Assembly: GCA_964016885.1 (NCBI GenBank)
Contig: OZ024748.1
Span: 4,650,001 to 4,714,000 of the forward strand
DNA: 64,000 nt
Source of the DNA: Eledone cirrhosa
Taxonomy: Eukaryota
Reading direction: 5' to 3'
Made by a program: the position numbers and the translations under genes. The notes below the pieces were generated by a model. That model searched no databases and was not told the origin of the DNA. It worked only from the letters and a program-made list of their open reading frames with translations. Shown in pieces: positions 14,239 to 27,529 of this stretch. Numbering within the stretch: the stretch's first letter is position 1; each line of letters starts with the position of its first letter.

Positions 14239-14396
14239 GCAGAGTTTTCGAAACTTCTACAAACTCGGAGCCCCTTTTGGTTCAGAAATTTTGGGGGAAC
14301 CATAAAGTCTAATGCTGTTCTAGTGTCGTAATATAAATATACTCCTGTATCTTTTTTTGCCGAACCCCAGACAGTCCTTTGCGGAACCCTGTGCTA
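14239..14396. mobile_element. Possible decayed hAT-type MITE
   Basis: Begins CAGAGTTTTCGAAACTT and contains repeated GGAACC/CGAACCCC/GCGGAACCCT subterminal-like motifs; no clear TSD. Confidence 0.35.
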
Positions 14397-14533
14397 GAGT
14401 AACTTTACATTTTAGCGTTTTCCTCGATTATATCAACCCAACTAATTATATCAATCTAGTTCTTGTTTCATCGACATCTTCTTTCATCGATATCTTCTTA
14501 CATCGATATCTTATTTCATCGATATCTTCTTAT

Positions 14534-14668
<135 letters not shown>

Positions 14669-14804
14669 CTTTCTAGAAATGGCTGTACTCTTCTGCGACA
14701 AAAGATTTAGGATATTCCTTACAAAGTAAATATTTTCTCCAAGAAAACACATTCCTCTCAGCTGCCATGGTAGACTATGGTATGTATAGTGCATAATATT
14801 GATA

Positions 14805-14996
14805 ATTGTTTCTACTTTTGGCACAAAGCCAGCAATTATCCCAGTGTATTACTGGTACTTTATTTTATCGACCCCGTAACGATGAAAGGCAAAGTTAACC
14901 TCGACGGGATTTGAACTCAGATCGTAAAGGAACGTAACTCTATGCTGCTAAGCATGGCGTCCGACCCTCTAACGATATTGCCCTTGCCAATCCACC
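14805..14996 (-). mobile_element. SINE S1, full length, with probable target-site duplication
   Basis: S1 consensus flanked by the direct repeat GCATAATATTGATAAT at 14791 and 14997. Confidence 0.92.
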
Positions 14997-15658
14997 GCAT
15001 AATATTGATAATGAAGTATCAATAGGATCACATAGTAAAACTTTCTGTCGAGGCCTTTACTAATTGCCTTACAATTAGTTTTTGAAGAATATCAACCACA
15101 TTGGTGTCGCCAATTTCGTTTTCGAGTTACAGGCAAAATCTTGGGCAGATTCACTTCCTAAAAAAAAAAAAAAATATCTCCCGGCCAGGAACAATAAAGA
15201 AAAGAACAAACACCATCCAGCGTTTACAAATTAGAATTCTCGTCCATGAGACTTCCCCAAAGGTTTTAACAGACAGAATTGTAAAAAGAATTATATTCAC
15301 CCACACGTACACGAAATATCACGTGAATGGGCCACTCAAAGAAGAAAGTATTCTTAATAAATACAGATGTCAATCTGTAGACAAAGAATCACCATTCAAA
15401 CATAAACACACACACACACACTATATATATATAGACATACAAACACACACAGAGACACAAACCAACACACACATATATACACACATATGAACAATTATAT
15501 AGACTCGTTGAAATAAACCTTATTAGCTTAAAGTCAAGAAAACACCAGAATACCCCTCTACAAATATATATTAAGATTCAACAATTGACGTACACTTGAA
15601 CCCAAATAAACACCCACACATATATATCAGAATATATGTATGTGTGTATATATGCACA

Positions 15659-15736
<78 letters not shown>

Positions 15737-16620
15737 TATATATTATATATATATATATATATATATTATATTTGCCTGTGTGTGTGAGTCTGAAAGTAAG
15801 TGTGTATATATACACACATCTACATGTACATATATATATATTTGACTGTGTGTATATATATGTATGTGTGTTTGTGTGTGTATGTTTGGCTGTGTTGGGG
15901 ACGTGGTTAATTATAACATCAAGAGTAAAGACTAATTTTTACAATGTCACTGTCAATTTTACAATGTCTGTATACACAACACTGACATGTGAGTATACAA
16001 GGTGAATTTAATACAAACGTCAAGAATAAAGACCACCACAAGCACCACCACCAACACCACCACTACCACCAGCACCACTACCACCAGCACCAGCACCAGC
16101 ACCACCACCACCATCAACAACATTAGTAATGTTTCATACCCCTACCTTTTTCTCTGTACTTAAAATTGTATTTTCCATGTATAAAAGATTTGTTTTCTAA
16201 ACTGTTTAAGAAAATTAGCAAAACAATAAGTTAAAACGCTCAAGAATATAACATGAAATGAACACCTACCAGCAAAAGGTTAATAGCTAAGGGGAAGTAA
16301 CTAAAATAGACCAAGAATAACGATAATTAAATTTAAGACTGACATATTAAATATCGGATCCAAAAATAAAAATCGGATCCAAAAATAAAAATAAAAAAAA
16401 TGCAGTTGAAATTTTTATAATATTTTATAATATTTTATAAATGAAAAAAGCCCTATAATTAACCGTTACTTCAAGAAAAGATGTAGACAAAGTAGGAAAG
16501 ATGATAATATGGATTAAGAGTTATAGAGACTGGATTAAAAGCTGTAGAGGCTGGGGTATAATTTGAGGGCAAAGATGATTTTCAAAAGGGACAAGGAAAG
16601 CAACATTATTATTGGGAATT

Positions 16621-16801
16621 GGTGATTTGGCAGTATCGGTAGCGCGTCGGACATGCTTTCCAGCATAGTTACGTCCCTTTACGATCTGAGTTCAAATCCG
16701 GTCGAGGTTAACTTTGCCTTTCATCCTTACGGGGTCGATAAAATAAAGTACCAGTAATGTACTGGATAATTGCTGGCCTTGTGCCTAAAATAGAAACAAT
16801 T
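16621..16801 (+). mobile_element. SINE S1, full length, with probable target-site duplication
   Basis: TGGCAGTATCGGTAG A box and GAGTTCAAATCC B box; ATTATTATTGG.AA on both flanks. Confidence 0.92.
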
Positions 16802-18592
16802 ATTATTGGGAAAATTGGGATCCTAACATGGAATTTCTGAAATTTTACCATCATTTTTTTAAATTGGTGTAAAATTGTAGTTCATAATTTTGGTTACATA
16901 TAAAAATATACCTGCATTAGCATCATTACAGTAAAAGTATGTGTATGTATGGTATATATCACTTCTCACGTGATTGAATGATTGCTTATAAGAATAACAA
17001 CAATAATAATAGTAATAAAGAAAAAATATCGTAATCATTATCAACACCAAAACCATCATCATCATCATCATCATCATCATTATTAATTTCATTGTTGCTG
17101 CTATTTTTGTTGCCGTTACATTTGTTTATATATATATATATATCATTTTTTTGCTGATGTTTATTTTTGAACACTAACAAGCCCTGTTGTCAGTCTAAAA
17201 GTGGTGTTTGGAAACACTTGGCAAAGGCTTCAGTGGAGTACAGGGCTACTTAAAGGTTGGTGTTGGCTGGAGTTCTTTATTGATTGTATTGTAGTGTTGT
17301 TGTTAAAGTCTTATCTTTGACGTATTACAAGTAAATAAATGTTTAGATAGCATGACAGGTCGATTATTTCGACTTCTTTAATGCCTACACTTTCCATTCT
17401 CTTCCTATTCCTGACTGCTCCCTCTTGTTTTTATTTGTTTCTATTCCTTTCAAAATTTCTCATTGTTTTTTTTTTGTATATATTTATTTACTTATTATTA
17501 TTATTATTTGTTGTTTGTGTTGCAATGTTTATCTTCGTCATTGTTGATGATATTGTTTTGCAGCCTTGTATGTTTGTATATATTTACGCATGTATGTATA
17601 TATATGTACATATATATATATGCATCTATGTACATATGTATGTATGTATGTATGTATGTACGTCCATATTTATCCATCTATATATGCATCTATGTATGTA
17701 TGGATCTATGTAAGTATATATGTCCGTAGGTACATATGTACGCATGTATGTATGTGTGTCTATATGTATGTATGTGTGGGTACATTTATGCATGTTTGCA
17801 TGCATGCCCGTGTGTGTATTAAATGTATGGGGGTGTATGTTGTTATTGTCGTTGTCATTGTTGTTGTATTGTTTTCTGTTTTTATTGCTTTTATCCTTGT
17901 GCCTAAACCAGAAATCCTTATTATCCAGAAGAGCCGTAGATTACTGGTATCTGTAGAATCTGAAGGAAAATGTTTTGTGGTATTTAATTCCGAGTTTCAA
18001 TATCCTGTCTGTGTGTGTGCGGAAAAAGCTGAAATTTCAAGAGAACAAATGCACACAATTTGATTCGTAGAAGACTTTTCAAGAAGGCTTGGCTCACCGA
18101 AATAACGAAATTAACATAGAAAGCGAAATTCATAATATCCTTGGGCCAAGGGATACCTCTTTATTTACCACCATCGGTACAGAGTTGGCTACCCACAGGT
18201 GTAAACCTGGCGAGCTGGAATGGCTTTTCCAGAGCGTCTCCCTCCCTCACCATCCTCCGGGGAAACGCCTGTTCTATTCTATTCACAGGGGGGCTGCGGG
18301 TTGGCCAGCGCGTGGGCCCATATTTGCTCATAAGAGTGAGAGTGGGGGAGACGGAAGCATTAACAGTGGGAGTTTGGTTCCTTTGTGTTCAGACCTGTTG
18401 TATATCGCTATATTTGACTTGGTAAGCTGTCTAAACATATTGTTATTACTCTGGAGGTACTATTCCCATTCGAGTGCTAAAGCTACATACCGAATTTGCA
18501 TTCGTTAGCTTGGCCGCAAACTAAGGCTTCGCTAATGCTGTACTAAAATTTATATATATATATATACAACATGTCTGAATACAAAGGAACCA

Positions 18593-18656
<64 letters not shown>

Positions 18657-18662
<6 letters not shown>

Positions 18663-19052
18663 AATAAGATTTCGCTTCAAGCATAGCTTTATTCAATACG
18701 TATAAATATTTTGTATCTCCAAAGAAATACAGTTTTAGGAAGCCGTAGCTATGCAAACACCGGGGGGGGGGGGGGGGGTAACGCCCTCTGGTGATGTCCA
18801 GCAGAAGCAAGGGGGACAACCGTCTATGCATTTCAGGCTTAACTGGCCTTCGTCAGGACGGTCCCTCCCACCGCTTGCGACTGCTGGACTAGAAGACAGA
18901 TGAGAATATATACTTTTGCATATGAAGCTGCATAAGTTGGCTCAACTTATAATAAAAAAGAAATATACATATTGTATAAAGATATGCTTGAAGCGAAATC
19001 GTATTTCTTTTTTATTATAAGTTGAGCCAACTTATGCAGCTTCATATGCAAA
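18657..19052 (-). mobile_element. PLE-like fragment with nested inverted repeats
   Basis: 18657-18702 is inverted at 18966-19011; 18915-18965 is inverted at 19002-19052; contains the HHR at 18819. Confidence 0.65.
18819..18862 (-). ncRNA. Intact minimal type I hammerhead ribozyme motif
   Basis: ACCGTC-CTGACGA-AGGC cagttaa GCCT-GAA-ATGCAT-A-GACGGT: perfect 6-bp stem I, 4-bp stem II, palindromic stem III. Confidence 0.85.
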
Positions 19053-19178
19053 TGAGATTAATCACCTCATTTACATATAGGAGGGAGTCGGCAATAAAAG
19101 TGAAATAAAAGGGAGCCGAGTGTTGAGATATGTCTGATAGTAATTGACGAATAGATAAAACTGCACTGATTTATATAT

Positions 19179-19251
<73 letters not shown>

Positions 19252-19346
19252 CATATATATATATATAAACTATAGATAAGCAGCTGGTAGGACATATATG
19301 TGTCTAAGCATCTCACTTTCTTTGTGTGTGTGTCTATGTATGTATG

Positions 19347-19384
<38 letters not shown>

Positions 19385-19476
19385 AACTCTTCAAACTAGA
19401 AGGAATAGGCAATGAAAGTAAAGTACTTTAAGAGTTGGCTTGGTAGAGTTTGTTACTGTAAATAGTCGATACTTTG

Positions 19477-19566
<90 letters not shown>

Positions 19567-19789
19567 TGTATTTATGTATGTACGCGTGAATAGGTATGCG
19601 GACGTATGCGCAAATATATATACATCAGTATGTGTGGGTAGTATTAACGTACGGGTATGTGTGTATGTATGCATATGTGTACATATTATGCATGTGTATG
19701 CATTTGTGAATATGTCTGTTTATGGCTATGTACGTACATGTATTTAGGTGTGTGAACCTGCTTGTTCGTGTGTTTATTTATGTGTATTT

Positions 19790-20005
19790 ATATGTATGTA
19801 TGTACGAATGCATGTATATGTATGTATGTACGAATGCATGTATATGTATGTATGTACAAATGCATGTATATGTATGTATGTACAAATGCATGTATATGTA
19901 TGTATGTACAAATGCATGTATATGTATGTATGTATGAATGCATGTATATGTATGTATGTATGAATGCATGTATATGTATGTATGTATGAATGCATGTATA
20001 TGTAT
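19790..20005. repeat. 26-bp minisatellite (about 8 units)
   Basis: TATATGTATGTATGTAYRAATGCATG repeated in tandem. Confidence 0.95.
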
Positions 20006-20342
20006 ATATATGCTTTAATAAGTGTGTCTATGCAATATATTCCGTGATGAACGAGACGATTGACATTTATTCACGAAGGATTCTTGTATGGTGTAATAAA
20101 ATTACCATAAAATAGATTGTGGTTTTGAATCGGGTTAGAGAAGAAACACAGAACTTGGGGTGGGTGAGAAGATAGATTGACAGAGAGACAGATAGACAAA
20201 GAGTGGAGAGAGAGAGAGAGGGGGGGGGGGGGGGTAGAAATGACGGAAGAATTATAAGGATGCTAGAAATATAGAGGAACGTCGTAAAACTGCAATAAAA
20301 TCAACTGTCGTGAAGGGGGATTGTGGTTAAAGGATATATACA

Positions 20343-20381
<39 letters not shown>

Positions 20382-20538
20382 AAAGAATAGAGGTGTAACA
20401 CACAAGTTATTATATATTGGTAAACGGAATAGAAAATGCTGACAAATTGTTCACAGTTGAAAAATGGTTTAATTAGGAATAAAAGAGTATTAGTGATTGT
20501 ATGGGTTAGTATTCAATTGTGGTTTTAAGTTTTTAAGT

Positions 20539-20575
20539 TTTTACCGGTTGCGCATTTCTAAATGCTTTTCAAAAA
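20539..20575 (-). ncRNA. Decayed HHR-like motif with TTGAAAA (U3:A8) core
   Basis: TTT-TTGAAAA-GCATT taga AATGC-GCA-ACCGGT-A-AAA; GAAA mutated to GCAA. Confidence 0.5.
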
Positions 20576-22209
20576 TAATTTTGAGATAGAGTGTCCGTGC
20601 TGTTTGCTCATATTAGCAATTGGACAGACCAACAGAAACATTGTTTCCTCGGTCTAATCTGACGAATTTTTTTTTTTCTAAAATTATAGCAAGTCAAACG
20701 ACAAGTTCGAGGTCCCTGCTTTGGTTTCGGTGTATGATTGATGTTGGTGTTTAGGTCAGATCTGATTGAGCTGGCTTACGACCAAAGGCATTCTAACAGT
20801 GATCATGTCGACAGGGTAGGATCTAGACCATGGGAGCCCCGGGGCACTTCAGGTCTGGTTTTGGTATATGATTGTTGTTGGTTTTTAGGTCCAGATCTGA
20901 CTGAGCTGGCTTATGAACATGCAAGATGACTTTGTCCTATGTGAAGACAAACGTCTGGCTGCTATTTCTAGCAAGTTAGGTTGAGGTGTGTTTTCATGAT
21001 GTATGGTTGCATGGATAAATGTATCTGTAAATATGATTGTTTATATATGTGTACATATATGTTTATGTGTGAGTGTATGCTTGTATGTTTATATATATAT
21101 CTACCAGTAAGTGTTTATGTATATACGTATGTGTGAAAGTGTATGCATGTATGTGTATATATTTGTCTGTACGTGTGTGTGAGGAAGTGGTATGTGTGTG
21201 TATGACTGCCTATATGTGTGTATATACAAATATATATATATATATGTGTGTGTGTGTGTATGTGTATGTATGTAAGGGTGTGTATGAGTATGACTGTCTG
21301 TATGTGTGTATATATAAATATATATATATATATACATACGTGTGTATATGTGTATGTGTGTAAGGGTGTGTATGTGTGAGGGAAGGGGTGAATGGGTATC
21401 TGGGAACATTTTAAAGGTTCGTTTTAAGGGGAAACAGGTCTATTCACATGAAGAGCAAAGATAATGAAAGACATAAAACAAAATAAACACATACACAAAT
21501 ATAAACCATCACGCGCACACATACATATACATAAACACATTAAATAATACAGGAATATACACAGAAATATACGATAAACACACACATACACACATACATG
21601 CACACACACACAGAGAAACAATACAAAAATAAACACATACTAAAGAATAAACGCGAACATAAACATACATAAATATAAACACACTAAATAATACATTAGC
21701 AGATACACAGAAATTAATCATTAATACACATATATACATATACTTACGTATATATACATACACACACTTGCATATACATACACACACTTACATAAACATA
21801 CACATACTTAAATATATACATACATACGCTTACATATACATACACATACTTACATATACTTACACATATACATACGCACACTTACATATACATACACATA
21901 CTTACATATACTTACACATACTTACATATACTTACACATACTTACATATACTTACACATATACATACACACACTTACATATACATACACATACTTACATA
22001 TACATACACATATTTACATGTACATACACATACTTACATATATACACAAATAAAAACAGCAAACAATACACAAACATAAATATTAAACATCAACTCACAC
22101 ACACACACAAACACACATACACACTCACAAACACACACACACACACAAACACACAAACGCTTATATATATATATATGCTGAGAAAACCAAATTAATACAT
22201 TGTAGAATA

Positions 22210-22391
22210 TAATTGTTTCTATTTTTTGCACAAGGCTAGCAATTAACCAGTACATTACTGGTACTTTATTTTATCGACCCCGTAAGGATGAAAGGCAAAA
22301 TTAACCTCGGCGGGATTTGAACTCAGATCATAAAGGGACGTAACTCTATGCTTCAAAGCATGGTGTCCGACTCTCTACCGATACTGCCAAT
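22210..22391 (-). mobile_element. SINE S1, full length
   Basis: Matches the S1 consensus over ~180 bp. Confidence 0.9.
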
Positions 22392-22871
22392 ACACGAAAG
22401 ATGACTTGTGACTCGTGGAATATGTTATAGGACATTAGCTATATAGTTTGTGAAAGGTCTTGTAGGATTTATGATTACAAAGTCTTCTTCTTCTTCTTCT
22501 TCTTCTTCTTCTTCTTCTTCTTCTTCTTCTTCTTCTTCTTCTTCTTCTTCTTTCTCTTCTTCTTTCTCACACTCTCTCTATCTCTCTTTCTCCCACTCAC
22601 TCTCTCTTAAGCTTTATCATAAACTATCACCATATCCTTCAGTCTCTCAACACACTTTGTCAAACAGTTACTCCATCACTATTTCTCTCCCTCTCACCCT
22701 CTCTCTCACCCTCTCACTATAAATTCTATCAAACCCCCTCCCCCTCCCACACTGTCACTTTCTTTCCCACTCCTTCTCTTGTCCCCAGCAGGAGTTCCAG
22801 TCAAACTATTTCTTTGATCTGACAGATTTATGACTACCTCCGTCTATATCACTACTGGAATCACTTTCTAA

Positions 22872-23270
22872 TGGTAGTAGTAGAGATGGTGGTTGTGGTG
22901 GTGGTGGTAGTAGTAGTGATGGTGTTGGTGGTGGTAGTAGTAGTAGTAGAGATGGTGGTTGTGGTGGTGGTGGTAGTAGTAGTAGAGATGGTGGTTGTGG
23001 TGGTGGTGGTAGTAGTAGTAGAGATGGTGGTTGTGGTGGTGGTGGTAGTAGTAGTGATGGTGTTGGTGGTTGTGGTGGTGGTGGTAGTAGTAGTAGAGAT
23101 GGTGGTTGTGGTGGTGGTGGTAGTAGTAGTAGAGATGGTGGTTGTGGTGGTGGTGGTAGTAGTAGTGATGGTGTTGGTGGTGGTGGTGGTGGTGGTAGTA
23201 GTAGAGATGGTGGTTGTGGTGGTGGTGGTAGTAGTAGTGATGGTGTTGGTGGTGGGGTAGAAGTGGTAGT
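22872..23270. repeat. GGT/AGT trinucleotide-derived minisatellite (33-36 bp units)
   Basis: GAGATGGTGGTTGTGGTGGTGGTGGTAGTAGTAGTA repeated. Confidence 0.95.
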
Positions 23271-23310
23271 TATGGTGTGGTCACGGTGTGATGAACACTA
23301 GTCGTATACT

Positions 23311-23346
<36 letters not shown>

Positions 23347-23428
23347 AGTATATATATATATGTATATATATATAAGTATATATATATGTATATATATATA
23401 TATAAGTATACGACTAGTGTTCATCATA

Positions 23429-23497
<69 letters not shown>

Positions 23498-24032
23498 CTA
23501 TGTGTGTGTATATACATATATACATTCGTTCAATATTAAGGAACGCAAGAATGAGTACTCAATACATTTGTTGGAACTAATAGTTTAAAGTTGATCTGTC
23601 CGGTTAAATACACACACACACACATACACAGAGTCTTGTGTGAAGCTTGAATTTTCGAACTTACTAAACGCCGAAGAAATATATTTATAAGAAGATGTTG
23701 GTAGCTCAGACGGAGTAACTAGCTACAAACACAATATACAATTAGGTTGCTACAAAACAGCTCATAAAATTGGTTGCTGACCACATTTTCCCGTTGTTAG
23801 CGGTCTTTACCCTATTTTTATAAGGCATTTTATAGAAACCTACCGAAATTGCAGTTACTTTCTGTTTCTGAGCGTCCTACATTTTCTGATATATAAGTAA
23901 AGAATCTCTTCTGTTATGAATGATCAGCGGTTTTTCAGCTAGAAAGATGAAAGATCTCTTCCGTTACACAAATGAGAGCAATGTGTTTTGTTTTTTTTGT
24001 GTGTGTGGAGGACTAGCAGTTGTCCATACATG

Positions 24033-24180
24033 CAAGTCTCTCCTTGCCACGCCACCGTTGTTGACCAATGGAAAGGCAATGGCTAATGTAGCTAGGCACA
24101 AGTGTCATCGCAAGTCATTTTTCTCCAGATGATTGAACTGGAGCAACGTGAAATAAAGTATTTTACCCAAGGATACACTA
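24033..24180 (-). mobile_element. Decayed CORE-type SINE fragment
   Basis: GGAGCAACGTGAAATAAAGT is the reverse complement of the 35059-35078 segment; a related piece lies near 50870-50926. Confidence 0.55.
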
Positions 24181-24207
24181 CACCTAAATAACCTAGGAAC
24201 ATCGCTA

Positions 24208-24287
<80 letters not shown>

Positions 24288-24458
24288 GGGGTGTTGGGCA
24301 CAAGTAAGATAAATAAATATTTACCAATTTATTTAGAGCGTCCCTACTGCAGTTTCATTGAGCAAAACTCGACATATTTTGTTGTGAAAATCTCAAATAA
24401 ATCATCTGAGAACATTTTAAAACAAGAAAGGATGGTTGGAACAGGTAAAAGAGTAATA

Positions 24459-24500
<42 letters not shown>

Positions 24501-24700
24501 CAAATTTAATATAGAAATGGCTTATACAGGACTTGAACTGTTCCATTCGAAGGAAATCATCAGGGCTTTCCTGATGATTTCCTTCGAATGAAACAGTTCT
24601 AGTCCAGTAGAAGACATTTCTATATTAAATTTGTTGTATAAACTCTACTAATATATTGAGTACGTTACTTACTGAGACCCCTGGTTGCACCCGGGACTCA
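24501..24700 (+). mobile_element. Family A PLE-like fold-back element (IR 24501-24633)
   Basis: ~64-bp arms centred on GCTTT; 3' tail related to 30977-31045 and 3222-3290; flanked by TA-rich tracts. Confidence 0.7.
24565..24615 (+). ncRNA. Type I hammerhead motif, core intact
   Basis: GCTTTC-CTGATGA-T TTC cttc GAA T-GAA-ACAG ttctagtc CAGT-A-GAAGAC; one mismatch each in stems I and III. Confidence 0.7.
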
Positions 24701-25096
24701 CATATATATACATACATATATATGCATGTGCGTGTATGTGTATTTGTGTACATGTATGTTTGTCCACGCGCGTTTTCTTGTATGTGTGATGTGTACGCAT
24801 GTTTATGTATAATAGAAGATTTATGTAACGGATTGTGAAAACCCAAGAGAAAAAAACATATAGAAAGATATTGTACGTAAGAGAGTGTATATGAATGTGT
24901 GTGTGGTGGTGGTGGGGAGGGGGGGGGGCGGAGATGTGTCATGTAAAGCTATTATCATTATTTTTATTATTAACACTTTATTAAGATTTGATTTATAAAA
25001 TATTTGTGTGAAGTCAATGAGGTGACATATTTATTGTATGATTGCGATAGTGGAGGGCCATAAAACAGCATTGCTACCGTTTTATACTTGTGGAGG

Positions 25097-25133
<37 letters not shown>

Positions 25134-25271
25134 ACGCATACATACCTACATACACACACACACATATATATAAATATATATATATATGCACACACATACA
25201 AACACATGTATGTGATAGATAGTAATAAAAACGCGCCGCAACCAGCATGGCTAATTCCGTTTAATAATTAT

Positions 25272-25377
<106 letters not shown>

Positions 25378-25879
25378 GCACACTCACAGACACATGCATA
25401 TATATATATATATATATATATTTGCGTGCATATGTCTGTGCGTGTGAATAGGCATACGCTCATATATAATTATATATATATATGTATGTATGTAACTCAC
25501 GATGTGAAAAAAACAATACTAGAAAACAATAAAATAATGGTATATTTGTATGAAAATTCCTCCAATTGGAAAAAAGTATCTTAACGTTTCTGATGCTATT
25601 CGTTCATCGGAAGATAGAAACAGACCGAAAATACCTGTTGTTGCTTTTCACATTCATAACTATATATTTCTTCATTAATTGTTGATATCTCCACATTTAT
25701 TTGATGTATTCCCCACTCCCAAATCCTTCTATATTCCGGCCAAATTTTGGATCTTTCCGAGATTGATAAACTAAAGTACTGGGGTTGATATTATAAACTT
25801 TCCCCTGTATACAAATTTGTTGGAATTGTACCTAAATTAGTAACTACTAATACTCAAATCTGACGTTATACATAGTTAC

Positions 25880-26866
25880 AAACCTCTACCTTCTAAGTTG
25901 AACCTGCCAAGGGCAACTTCGACTTTCTTCCTTCTGGGGCCGATAAAATAAAGTACAAGTGACTAAGATCAATATAATCGACTTCCCATTCCCTCAGATT
26001 GCTGACCTTGTGCGCCCAACGGTAGATTGGCAAAATCGTTAGAGTGTCGTACAAAACGTTTCAAGATATTTTGTCATGACTCCGAGTTCAAATCCTACCG
26101 ACATCTACTTTGCCTTTCATCCTTTCGGGGTCGATAAATAAAGTAACAGTCAAATACTGGTATCGCTTCTTCCTCTGTCTCTATCCATTTCTCTCGTTCT
26201 CGATCCCTAACTCTCTTTATCTATCTTTCTCCCCTTCTCTGGGGGAAATCGATTGTGTTGAAACCTGAAGAGTTATGTCCGCCACCAGGTATAAATTGCC
26301 CCCAAACAAGATATGCCAATGTGCCATTATGGCACACCTACAACTCCACCAGGAATTAAAGATTCTTTCCTTTTTCATCCTAAAACTGAGGTTTCGAATC
26401 CGGTCAAGTTCGACTTTATCCACCGTAGCTCGATGGATAAAGTCTAACTTCCTTCCTTACAAAATCCCACAAAAACAACAAAGAAATTAAACAACAAACA
26501 ACTAAAAACAGGTCATGTGTCTATGTTAGAAAGAAATAATTCTGAGTTCAAATCCCGCGGAGGTTAACTTTGCATTTCATCCTTACGGGGTCGATAAAAT
26601 AAAGTACCAGTAATGCACTGATGTAATTGCTGGTATTGTGTCAAAAGTAGAAATAATTATATTGGATGGAGTGGCAGTATCGGTAGAGCGTCAGACATCA
26701 TAGAGTAACGGTCCTTTAAGTTCTGAGCTGAAATTCCGCTGAGGTTAGCTTTGCCTTCCATCTTTACAGGGTCGATAAAATAAAGTACCAGTAATGCACT
26801 ATGTCGATTTAATCGACTTTCCCTCTCACCCAAAATTGCTGGCCTTGTGCTTATGTTAGAAAGAAA
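25880..26866 (+). mobile_element. Cluster of about five head-to-tail S1 SINE copies and fragments of different ages
   Basis: Central domain CTTTCATCCTT.CGGGGTCGATAAA recurs near 25920, 26110, 26570 and 26750, with a degenerate copy near 26410. Confidence 0.8.
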
Positions 26867-27324
26867 TCATTATATTTGATAAGTATTTTCTTTGGCGCAG
26901 TCTTTTATTTCATGTTTTTTTTTTTTCTTTTAAAACATTTGAGGAGACATTGAGTCGTAGGTAAATGTTCTTGAGGGGACGGATGTAGGGGTTTCGCTAG
27001 TTGATATAAATCTTTCACAGGGAACGGGTAACTTGATATGACGACTAAACGACGTAGAGACAGACAGACAACGCACACACACACACACACATTCACACAC
27101 ACATATATATAAGTTTGGTTACATATATATCTACGTGTATATATATATACTTATTTGTTTCGTACATATATAAAATTGTATATATATACCTAACATACAC
27201 ACACACACACTTTCTTTCCCCCTCTCTCTTTATACACATGTATATTTATACATATACATGTGTGTGTTTGTGTCTATATATATATATATATTTACACACT
27301 TGTATATACATCCACACACACAGA

Positions 27325-27380
<56 letters not shown>

Positions 27381-27529
27381 AAGAGAGAGGGAAAGTGTGT
27401 GTATATGTTAGGTAGAGGGGGCAAGTAGAAAAAATAAACTTAACACCAACCGTAACCATCACGCTCCTTGTTGCTCACAGAAACCCCCGAAATCCGGTTA
27501 AGGATCAGTTGATAAGGGGAGGATGTTGT

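Noticed and set aside
16621-16710. tRNA genes suggested by A and B boxes (here, at 34960 and in other copies)
   Set aside because: No complete cloverleaf; each continues into a SINE body
17880-18540. Non-repetitive ORFs 18089-18508 and 18141-18425
   Set aside because: No recognisable protein motif; partly overlaps an inverted repeat; possibly a decayed transposon but unsupported
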